A stretch of 58,044 nucleotides of DNA from NCBI GenBank assembly GCA_002633005.1, contig NMRA01000744.1, positions 1 to 58,044 on the forward strand, in the 5' to 3' direction. The position numbers and the translations under genes are program-made. This DNA is from Phoronis australis (taxonomy: Eukaryota; Animalia; Phoronida). This document shows positions 25,516-37,600 of the stretch, piece after piece. Each line of letters starts with the position of its first letter. Positions within the stretch are counted from its first letter, which is position 1. The notes under the pieces are model-generated. The model had not been told where the DNA came from. It was given only the letters and a program-made list of their open reading frames with translations, and did not search any database.

Positions 25516-25620
25516 AAAACAAAATCAACAGTAGCCACAGCAGTCAATCATAATCAAAGTATGATGCAGTTAGTTGTCAGACACAGGTCCTTGATAGGAG
25601 CCAGCACTACGTGGCTTTAT

Positions 25621-25788
25621 TTACTTTTTCTTCTTGGTAAAAAGTGTGCGGCTCTTTCCCTCTTTCTTCTTACTGCCCGGCGAGGCGCTGCCCGACTTGG
25701 GGGCGGGCATCGTCTGGGCACCTTCCGACTCCGTCACTTCTGTGCCGGTCACACCGCTGATCTTCTGCAACCATTGGTGCATCTCCGG
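25621..25788 (-). CDS. SPTBN1: beta-spectrin last exon ([11 protein letters not shown]...TLFTKKKK*)
   Basis: PH C-terminal helix EMxxW, basic tail, TAA. Confidence 0.93.
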   Translation of the reverse strand, partial: PEMHQWLQKISGVTGTEVTESEGAQTMPAPKSGSASPGSKKKEGKSRTLFTKKKK

Positions 25789-28605
25789 CTGGAACGGAAA
25801 ACGCGGACACGTCCAATATCGGCATTTTAAAATAATTATACGACACATGGAGAGCACAGATATGTCATATGCAAGTCATTCTGAGTTAAATAGTGATGAA
25901 CGCGCAAAAGATTGTCAAAGTAACATTATCAACGAAACTGTTGTGTTCTTGAGAACAGCCTCAAGACGGATATGAACTCACGACTTCAGCAGTCGCAGTC
26001 TGACGGTTCACTTGTATACCTTAGGCCAATGCAGCAAGTTGGCAAGTAGCCAAGTATTTTAAGCATTTATGAGGTCAGGAGTTTCGATGTCACTTAATTC
26101 TACCAACTGAATGGAAGCACTTGTCATGAATCAGTGACTTGTAACAAAATCGCAAAAACACAGATACAGCACATGTTAGAGCCAATAATTTCAAAAAGTC
26201 TATACTACCCAATAACTATTCCAAAAATGTTTTTTGGCCCTAAAACTAGGGTTCCCATGCATCAATACTTGGATTGGATTGAAGTCACAAACATCAAACT
26301 GAAATACACCAAGATGGTGGTGATGACACCAGTGAACTCTATGCAGTTCACATTGTTATCCTGTGTAATTATGATTGCTAACTCGATGTATCAAAGAAAC
26401 AAAACGGAGGGCTCCACCTAAAAACATGACCACTGATTTGCAACAGGTGGCGCTGCATGCGACTTACAAAATGATGTGATACACGGAATGTCATACGTAA
26501 CATTTTAAGGTTATGTATGACCGAACACAACATCCAAATTAGGTCAGCCTTGAAACATCACATCTCAGAAGTAGCTGACCCGATTCTTCCCCAGCCCATA
26601 ACAAACCCTTCTAATCTCGTTACGGCACAAGTTGAGACCAATTTTATAACTGCAAGTGTTTCTTGACAAAATGCATAGCTTTAATGCCACTGCAACACTG
26701 GGGAGTCATTAATGGACTCAGATTGTGACAATCTTCATGCTTACCCTACATTTATTTGTTCACAGATGAAAAGACACATTTTAAAAAAGTGAAGTCCCGC
26801 CTTATCAATCAACTCGAGTTGTACTTCATTCGCAATTCTGACAAAACTCGTCAAATGTAACTACAGGAAATGCTTACATCATCTTTGCACTGCAGGAGAT
26901 ATTGCCCTCCGTTGGGCAGGTTGAGTCGCATAACGTGCGGTCGTTTAGTGTAATCACCAGGCACCTCAATTTTAGCTGCCTCCAGGTTGATAGGAGTCTC
27001 ATTACGGTAGTGTGTGTTAGGATCCTGCACAACAAGGGGAGACAATTATAAACACAGTAGTGTGTGTTAGGATCCTGCACAACAAGGGGAGACAATTATA
27101 AACACAGTAGTGTGCATTAGACAGTATGTAAGCCTAGAAATGTCTTCACATCTGACATGCAATATATTGTAGTACATCTTTCTTCATGAACTTTGTAACT
27201 AAGAATAAGTTAGATGACAAACTGGGTCTATCACAAATAATGGTGATGTCGGAATACTAGTATTTTTCCAGAAAAGGCCAAAATTACTTACTAATTAGTC
27301 AAACATTCATTTAAGGACAGATTGCTCACTGCAGTGAGAGAACAAAGTAACTTGAACCAATGGAAAAGAACATGAATGACAGGCCAATTGAATACAACTT
27401 TTTTCACAGATTCTACGTTGGCTGGTAAGGGTCTTTTTAGTAAGGATAATGCTATTCCCTCACATGTTTGGCGTGCTTCTGATCTTTGTAGAACACCATG
27501 GCAGTGGATGAGAGAACACAATACAGTTTGTCCCAGTGTCTGCAACAAACACAGCATGTAAGCAAGATATAATAAAAAATCATTGAGGTATTATAGGTCA
27601 GACTATTATATCAAGGGTAGACGCATCAACAGACACAGAGTGCACACCCACATAATGAAAATCCTTAGGTAAATAACCCAGTCTAACCACAACTAACACG
27701 CTTACATTTAGCTTAAACGGAATTAACAAGATTAGTACACCATATTTTGAAAAGCATTTTCTACAAAAAGAGTACTGTTACGAAATGATGAAAACTGAAA
27801 CACCTAACTGATTGAACCAAACGTTCAATCTTTTCCTTGAGCAAATTCCCCCACAACAACGCAGGATGCAATTTAGCCATAACATTGGAATCTAACATTA
27901 AGACTTCTTAATCAAAGCTTATTAAATCAAGTCTTAAATCCTTCACACAACAGGCACATTCATTGGGCAGGTACTGCACTTTGGTTTATGATGTATGAGT
28001 GGACAAGAGCGAAGATTTAAACCCACGACCTTTCTGTAAGTTAAGAACCCACCACACTCACCATTAAGTCAAACAGACACTGCTAACTTCCTAGGAAAGT
28101 ATGTTAAAACGACCAACAATTTGTATTCCATAGAGAAAACGAGGCCAAGTTGACACACCAGACCAGGACAAGATTTTCTGCCTCAAACAATTTGGTTTTG
28201 CCCAGACACAGAACATCGTTTTATTACAAGTCCTTCTTTATTCAGACCATTAAACAGTGGAACAATTTGCCTAATAGTCTTATGGACGCTGATTGTTATG
28301 ATAATTTCAGACACCACCTCATCAGTTACCTGTGGTCGTCATAGATGTCCCTTATTCTCGTCTTTCCAATATATTTACCAAATTTTTTTATTTATTTATT
28401 TATCTTTAATTCAATTTGTTTATCCAATTTGTAAATACTATTTTATTTAATGTATCTTATTGTATCTTGATTTAATCTGTTTATCTAACTTAATCCAATT
28501 ATAAAAATTTAATTTAATTTCTTGCTGCAGAGGACCATGCTGGATATTAACCTTTGGCTAAAACATGAATTACATTTATTGTATTTGTATCCTCTATAAA
28601 TAAAG

Positions 28606-28642
<37 letters not shown>

Positions 28643-31600
28643 TATTACCTGTGTGATGCCTTTGTTGTGGCATTTTCCCATTCGTGTTTCCTCGACATAG
28701 GGCCTTCAAATATTTTATCTGTGTCTTCGATACGTTCGGGAGATGGACGTTCTGCAACAAAATGAAGTAACGCTATATTGAAAACAATCCTTCAGAGAAA
28801 AACAACGTGTAAATGCTGGAATCCACAGTGTATTGTTCCTTGATGAGCTGCAACATAGAGACGAGATAACACTAGGAGAGCTACCAACACTCATGGCAGT
28901 GCATAGAGTGTAAGACCAACGCAGCTAGTCATGCCTACTTATCTAGCTTGCATGGACCTTTTGTGTTTTAACATTTGAACATGCAAAAGTTCCCACTCTC
29001 AATCAAGCCAGGGGCTAACTCGCACACATCACATTTAATGATAAAAACAATCAAAACAACAAATTTAAATTGCCACGTACTGAAACACAGTAGTTCCCAA
29101 CAAATTGAGTGACAAGTTCAGTTGTTCGTGGCAACAAAGAAGCACCGCTGAAGACATCATCTTTGAAAAGGAGATTTACTGAACACCAGTGTGTTCACAT
29201 TTTGTTGCATAAGATCGCTCACCCTTAATACAGACGAAGATACATCTCGTCCAATATAGAAACAATCAAATACATCAACAACGGCAATAAACCCATTAGT
29301 TCATCACACACAATCACAGCTGTTCATGTACTAATCTTGCACCCTGTCAACCAACACATCCATAAACACACATCCGAGAGAACTACAACATCACCAATAT
29401 CCTCAGGGCTACAATGACGAGTCACCGTCGCCGACTGGCCTACCTTCAGTCTCTCCCTCTCGTTCCTTTTCACGGCCCTTCTCAGGCTCTCGCGACAACG
29501 AGCGCGTCTTCTTCTTGAAAGGAGACAAAGAACGAGACCGCCTCTTCTTTTTGTCTTCCTTAGCTGTCCACGACAAGGGATATATTATACTGTGTCACTC
29601 CCAGTGACACTTGAGGTGCGTGTGTGTGTGTGCGCAGAACACAAATGGCGAAACACAAAGCAACCAGGCAAGTTAGACAGCAGAAAAACACAACTGCGGC
29701 ACAGTACAAACCTTCCCTTTTGCACAGCTCACCAATTAACGTAACCTCAGCCATCACTAGACATCTTACAGCATGACATGAATGGCGTAGTAACACACGG
29801 AGAAAGCTAAGCATGTGAGTTCATTCGGAAACACGCAGCTAACAGTGACAATATTCATGTGTTAGCAAACACTGTCGAGTTCAGACTATGACAACACTAG
29901 TTCACCGTGAATACTTGCACGGAAGGCTTCTGGATAGCAACTCCATGGTTGTCAATGCGACAAACGTACAATGCTGTTGAAGTTGAGCAACGAAAATCTT
30001 TCCAAGAAAAACAATAAACGAAACAACTGATATACCTTGCAAGTAATGGAAACCATGACAAAAGCAAAAAAAAATCCACTGTACCTGCATTAAGCCTCAG
30101 CTAAGCACACACTGCAAACTTGTGAAAACCTACTCTCATGTGGAACAGTACTACTAGGGGCGGGACGATGCATATTTTTAGGTATTTGATTCCATTATTT
30201 TCGATTCGATTCTTTGTCAAATTAATATAATTTTTTTGTGAAACAAAAAATCGTATTTTCGAGAAATTGACATAAAAAAGAATTGTTAAATTTGATATAA
30301 GATTTCAACTTATGTACAATCCTGCATTGCTTATTCGTTCAATATCTCAATACTTTTAAGTAGATACAACTCGTAACTTTGTAAGACACCTAACGGCAAA
30401 AATTGGAACAAGTAATGAGACCAAAATGGGCCTCGGCGTATCGATAACAAAATCGCGAATCCATAACAAATCCATTAATCGTCACACCCTTAGCAACAAC
30501 ACCTCAACCATTCATCATCTCAGCTCCATTCAGTCGATCAGTCAGTAATCAAGCATTAACTGTGGTTACGCACTCATATACACTTTACTGGCCATTGGTT
30601 AAGAACACACTAAAACATAAACATGTACTGCACAGCTACAATACATGTGTAGCACAAAGTAGCAAAAGAAATCTGCGGACCCAAACACCAGCGAAGCAGG
30701 GGGCAACGTCTGGGACCCAGGTACACGCTGACAGTAAGTATTGGCAAACAAAACAACACCAGCAACAGTAGCAAGGTTGTGACACAAACAGGCTACAAAA
30801 TCAACACAGCTTAACATTTACAAGTCAAATAAATTACTTCAAGTACAAAGGAATAATTACTGAGAAACACAATGAGAATAATTCGGACTTATAAACAACT
30901 GACTGGAAATAAATACACAATGAAAACACAAAAAATAAGTAACATAAGAAGAGTTAATTTGGACACAAATTAACGTGGGAACCGACTGAAAATGCAGGTC
31001 AAGTTAGCCTCGTGTAGAAACTGACCACTCCACGAGGTGGAGCTTTTGTCAACTCGAGATGCATTTTCAGTTTAATGTGAACAATTAATTTTGTGTGAGT
31101 GTATTATTGGTCACTTATGAGGAAAAGAAATGAATGTTAGATATGTTAGAAAAGGACTTACTAGGCTTTTCCTTTTCCTCGACGGGTTTTTCTACTACGG
31201 GGGCGGGTGTGGGAGCTGGTGGCTCTTGCTTGACCTCTGAGATCAGGGGAGATAAACCATAAATAAGACAACGAAATAACAGAAAGGAACACAAGATTGT
31301 AGGACAGTGAAGACACACGTGCCAGAGAACAGCTCAGAAGCTTCGATGAAAAATGCTTTATCCAGTTTTCTGTAACTGTCGGGTGTTTGCAAAAAATAAC
31401 AAGCACCTCATAGTAGTATGCAGGGTGCTAAAATTTCACAGATTCTATGGAAAATTTCCCCATGGAATAACCTTATCTAGCTTCTTCCATAACTTGGGAT
31501 GTCACAGAGGAAAACTAAGAACGCTCACACTGAACAGCCCTGTTGACTATGCAGTACCCCAGAAAAACATCCAAGCTTAGCTACCTTTGGAACACCACAC

Positions 31601-34600
31601 CTCAAGAAATGACCAATCAAATTAAACTGCCACAAGAAATGACCAATCAGAATCAAATGAAACTGTCAGATACTATGCTTTATGCATTGTTCGCCATAAT
31701 GCTGTTTGGAAATGTTCTTAAGTTGATTCACTTTAGCACGAAGGGCTATGAAAAATAGGACTTCTATGATTTTTATGAAACTCTCAAAAGCTGCGCCAAA
31801 AGTGAAAAGGAAATAACTTTAGATAACTGTAGCAATTTTTCGAGATTTCATCTTGATTATTCACCACAACCAACATTTGGTCATTGACGCAGTTGCTTTG
31901 CTATGAATGTACTTTTTTGCTAACTATTACTAAAAAGACACGGCCATGTAACCCAGTCAATGACTGATTGATGTAAAGCCAAAAATTAAATTCTGCAGGC
32001 TTTCTACTAAAACAAAATATTATACTTTAACCCACAGATGTAACCCGTAGATGTATGTCTGCCTGCATAGACTTGCCGATAGGGTACTACACAACCGTAA
32101 CAAGACTTTTCAAGCCAACGGCAAACTATGGTCTTTACACCAGGCTGTTCTCTAACACGGGAAATAATGAAATCACACTCAGTCGCCGGCTCACATCGAG
32201 GCTGCACTAAGCTACCGTGTGCGTGCTGGACAGAGAAAGTGAAGGGTAAGACCGTAGAAGGAAGGTTAAGGGAAGAGCTACAAAGACATTTCTTCGGACT
32301 CCATCTTGCGCACTTACACTTTGCGTCATTCTCAAGAACTGTTAAGACATGCACGCAATATGCAGTATCTTTAATGTGTTAGGTAAACACTGCTATCGGG
32401 TGTTAAGTGACGGATGAGCGTGGAGTTTTAGATTAAATATTCTGCCTAAAGTGACAGGTTTTGCAGCAGTGTTTCTACCGCAAAGCATAAAAAACCTAAG
32501 CAGATTTTGAGACAGCTATACCCAATCACCCAGTGTCAGAGATCTAACTTTCGAAAGAATACCTTGCCAACAATGACATGTAGTGCTTAAAGCGAGTTTT
32601 AAGAATCGGAGCAGTGTCAAAAATTCTACCTCCACTTGTTGTGCTGGCTTTAAGGAAACAAGTTCAGAAATTTGTGGCGATGAAAAAGCAGACAGAAAGA
32701 AGAGTAAAAAAGAACAATACGTTTCCCCCGTCACCCAGAGAACAGAGCGCAGGTGAACTTACCTCAAGTGCTTCTTAAGGGCCCTTAGCGTACTACATCG
32801 TAAAGTAGTATGGACCAGTATAAGGAAGGGGTATTGACAAAGCGAGCGGGGTAGTAATTAAAGAAGCAGCCAAACACTAACACAAACACACTCACACTTG
32901 AAGATCAACAACAAGAAGAAAACTGTCCTCAATTAATAGAATTAGGGGGATTATTTTTGGTTATCACCAACATGGTCATCACAATTCTGAAAGGACTCAG
33001 CCTGCTCAAGAGCATACTAAACATCCATTGAGATGAATTTCCGAACAGTATGCCTTCAGCTAAGACTTGTCACCAGGGGTTAATTTCTAAGGACGGTTGT
33101 TAAATAGAACAGAATACACGTAAAAATAAGATTAGAAAATGACAACAGGTTTAGTGGTTTTAAGACACACGATTAGAACTTAAAATTAATTTCAAAACAG
33201 ATCAAAATTTAAGTAAGAAAGACTGCTATGATATTATTTCAGCCAACAAATATCAAACAACACTGAGCATGCAGCGAATCAGTGAAAGGACAGGACGCAG
33301 TACAAGCGTGTATCCAACAGGACGTGTCTTTGCCCCACACAGGCACTCTGACCCAATGTAGTGACACATCATTTAGTTTAACAGTACCTTCTTCGACTGT
33401 CTCCTTTTCCTCCTCAGTCTCCTTCTCGCCATTCACAATCACCTCGGCCTCTTCCTGGAAAACAGGCTCTGACTGGACTTCCACCTCTTGTGGAGCTGCC
33501 TCGATGACTTCCTGAGGCCTGCAAGTCAACCAATCACAAGTTATCTCAAGGTTATGACCTTGTGACTTCCTGAAACGGATGAATGACCCAAGCTGCAACA
33601 CAGGGTCTCACTTGCTCCACACGTTTCTACATATTTCGTGATGACATCCAGGGGAAAGTTTGGAGACCACATCAAACTCGCAAATAAGTAAGCTTTACGA
33701 ATTTGCCTCTGATATTCCCATAAAGGGAGCTGCATATGACGTTAGGTTCAACTTTAAAATCACAAAAAAGTGAAACAGTTTCGTACTTACATCTTTCTGA
33801 AACACTTTGGCTGTGACGTATTATCCTACACAAAGACTGAACGTGTTTTGAAACAGATGCCACAACAATGGCGATACACCTAACGCCACACAGTGACTTA
33901 CTTTTCCTCTTCCGGCGGGGCGAACTCTTGCTCCGCCCTCTCTCTGATGGACAGCTCTCGCTGGACTTCCTCTTCTGGATGCTGGCGTCGGTACTCCTCT
34001 TCATTTGCCTTCTGCTGTTCCCGTAACTCGAACTGAAAACCAAACAAGCATTATGTTAAGCGTAGCAGTGATGGATCAAAATACCAGTAAGTGGCCAGGC
34101 CTTGCAAGCGCATCACCTTTTTAAGGCAGTCTCTAATTACGAGACATTACTATGCATTCAACCATATTGTAAATTGAAATGAGTTAAGAAATCAATTAAA
34201 AAAATTATCAAATGTACTATGTAAAATGACAACTGACAGGATATAACAACAAAGTTTTGTCATAATAAATGGATTTACTTTGGTTAGTTGTTCAATATTG
34301 AGCAGTTGGTGATAAGTAATCCATAGTACCTCCCAACACCAAAATTACCCATGCAGTTCTTGTGTTAAAGGGTTTTAGCGCAATTTCTTTCAACGTTAAC
34401 AGTTTTATTAATGTTAGAAATGCACCACCGGTGTCACCACTAATATGTAAATAATCAACAAAATAACAGCAGATAAACCAGTTTGTCAATTCAGGATCCT
34501 AACAGACATTACAACAGACTATACAGCAATGCGAGCACAGAGGAACAGCAAGCATCCCTTAACGAAAGTCATTAATTCCACGGCTGCACTGGTCCAGTCA

Positions 34601-37600
34601 CTCAAACTGCATGCCGTGGTTGCAATATTATTCACTTGTTCATATTACAAACAAATATCGTCCATATGAAGAATGCCGACTAAGAAACGAACACTGAAAG
34701 ACCCGCACAGTATCGAGTCGAAATAGCAACTAAATAAAGCGAGTAAACAGCAGCAAATCTTCCTGTTGAAGCAGTCCATGATTTAGTGTAATAAAGAAGG
34801 CTAGTTCCCCATAACAAAAAAGACATGCTGGTTTTCAATGGCACTGCACGGGGCTATAAAATGGTTTACAACCTGAATTTAGCAGATTTGAACACTGCAA
34901 CTAGAAATCCTTACAACAGCAAAAAAGTCTAGTACATAATTAAGATTAAGTTCTGTATCGAGGCCCGGGATCTAATAGGGACGGAAAGTGTGATGTCACC
35001 TTACTGGGGGTAGTCAGGGGAGATACCGTGCTAACCCTTGCCAAATCTCTATGGGAACTTAGGCAAGGTCAAAAGTTTCACTGGAAAATCACCAATTAAA
35101 CTGTTTTAGAACGTGGTCATTATGCAAATCTGTATGTTTTACGGGTATTGTGGCATGAGCTTCAGATTTTAAGTTGAATTATGCCAGTTTGAACAGATAT
35201 AGGGAATAGGCCACCACCATACAGTTGGTCTTCAATTTAGAGTAGTTGCTAGGAGTATGATACAATCACTTTCCGTCCCTTACTCTGTAATCTTAACTCA
35301 ACCCGAAAATTGACCATGGCAATTCAATGGCACGCTTCAAGCAAACGTTCAAGTTTCCATTCAAATCATACGGCGCAATTGGTTAAGTTTCGAGTCTGAG
35401 CCAATTCTGAGTTTGAAGATTAGACCCAGGGCCCAGCACAGCTTACCACAGAAGCATGTAAGAGCAATGATATTGAATAGTGATATCAACAAACAGTACA
35501 AAAAGCTGTGTAACATTGGGCAGAAGCTGCATCTTCACCACTCCCTAGGAACAAAAATCAGTGTAAGCCTGAAAGGAGAAAGATGGTGTTAAAGCCCCGG
35601 CCCGTACGCTCTCGCTTTAAGACACATGATTCACCGATAACTCCGACTGTGGCAAGGACTCCCTGCTGCTATCAAATGGACGGAAAACATCCATGTATTT
35701 GGCTTGCAGTTTGTGAATGGACAAGTCAGAAGCGCTGGAATCGGCATGTGATGATGGACGACTATCTTCTGCGGACATTTTGGTGAATTCTAGCTCAGAA
35801 GACTTCTGACTCATCTCCAACTAAAGAGAAGAAAATGTAATAAAGTAGACAAGCAGAATGGCTGTGACCTGCATATAAACAAAAACACATTATTCAAAAA
35901 GCTGCAATTCACCAAAGTATTTATTATAGAAAATACAATAATTTATTACGCAGTTTATATTTACTTGAGGACAGGGACATGGTCAACTAAAGATGACATG
36001 AAAAAATTGTCAGACAAAAACAATAAACCAAAAATCAGAATATTAATGTACACTTTTATTGAGGACTAAAGTTAAATGTTTTGATTATGCTACACTTGAA
36101 ACAGTTACATTTAGTGGACCCCAGCAAGACACGAAGCCCAAGCTATTGTTTGTAAGCACCAACAGATGTCGCTAACAGTGCAGCCATGAAGTACGAGTAG
36201 CTAAAACACTGGCCCTTCCAGCATAATTGGCTGCTCAGAAAGCATGCAGCTACCTCACTAAGGAAATGAACCTTCCACGACAGGACAGATGTTTTAAACA
36301 ATATGCCAGACACCAACTAACCTCTTGCCTGCACATCTAAGTGTGAACCTCTAAAGTTCACATTCAGCCATTTATTACCAAAAGGTAATCGTAATAGGAT
36401 TATAGGTGTGATCAAGTAAAAGTCACTATTTCAAATGGTTTGATTGGATTTGTGATTTTCACTGAAAATGTACTTATGTTTCACTGAGGTGTTGAATCTT
36501 TTACTAAACACTTAAAACAGGCACAAGTTAATTACGTGTCCACAAGAGAAGACAGGGTTAAGAGTTTTTGGTTAGAAGGCGAGTTACAGCGGCTCCCTAA
36601 CCCACAGAATTATGGGTAGTCACCTCGGTCGGCTCACGACCAATCAAAAGTGCCTCCTCAAGCATCTTCTCGAACTTGTCGTCACGGTGATGCGGCGGGG
36701 ACTGCACAGATAGCCCCTCCTCCGCTCGCTGTTTCCGGTCGTTCTCTTTTAGTTCAAGCTTTTGAATGCAAACACAGTGAAAAGTTTTACTAACCCCTGA
36801 GCACATTTACACAACACACATTGAAATTACCTACAGACTAAACATGCAATCGTACAATTAACTAGATTCTAATAATGGTGTCATGCAATTAAACAAAGTA
36901 ACTATCCAAACAGCTCTGCACACAAATAGATGCCATTCTGACCCTAGCCAGTGGCAAAACGTAACACAAAGTGGTAATATGCAGAGACCCCTATCTCCCT
37001 AAACTCGAGACCATCAAGAAAAGTACTAGTGAGAATCTTGTTAAAATTGAAAACAGAACTGAAAAATCTAATATTATACACAAACATGACATTTTGACAC
37101 ACTGAACAGCTAGTCTTATGATGAAAGGGGGCAAACAAAAGAGGCAGACAAAGGGGTCAGACAAAAGGGTCAACTTCAGGAACTGCAAAACACCAAGTAT
37201 GAAAGGGCTTTGAAATACTGATGAACAACAAAGAAGAGGTGTCTCCACTCACTGTAGTTAATCGCTCTAGTGCCGCAAATCTGTCCTCCTGGGCAGCTGC
37301 TGACTTCTCAAAGGCCTCGTGCTTCTTGATCAGGTTCTCTACGGCGTCCAAATTCTCGCCGAGATCGGCATTGTTTAGGTACGGCTCCTGTGCCATCAAC
37401 CAGGCCTCAGCCACGGTGGCATCGCGGGCGAACTGGTAAACCTCCAGGACTGCAAAATGAGTAGCGGCAATGAAGGATGGGAGGGGACAAGGACTAGGGT
37501 GAAATCTCACCAATTTAGGCAAATAAGCGAAATTTTATTTCCTCATTTCTTCATAAAAAAGAAGTAGCCCTAAATTAACACTTTAGGTATACCAAAATCA

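Noticed and set aside
25315-25620. Stop-codon readthrough of beta-spectrin into a Thr-rich tract
   Set aside because: The stop is TAA-A and another in-frame TAA follows after 16 codons, before the tract
28010-28080. Degraded tRNA-SINE on the minus strand
   Set aside because: Only a weak B-box-like remnant; too decayed to call
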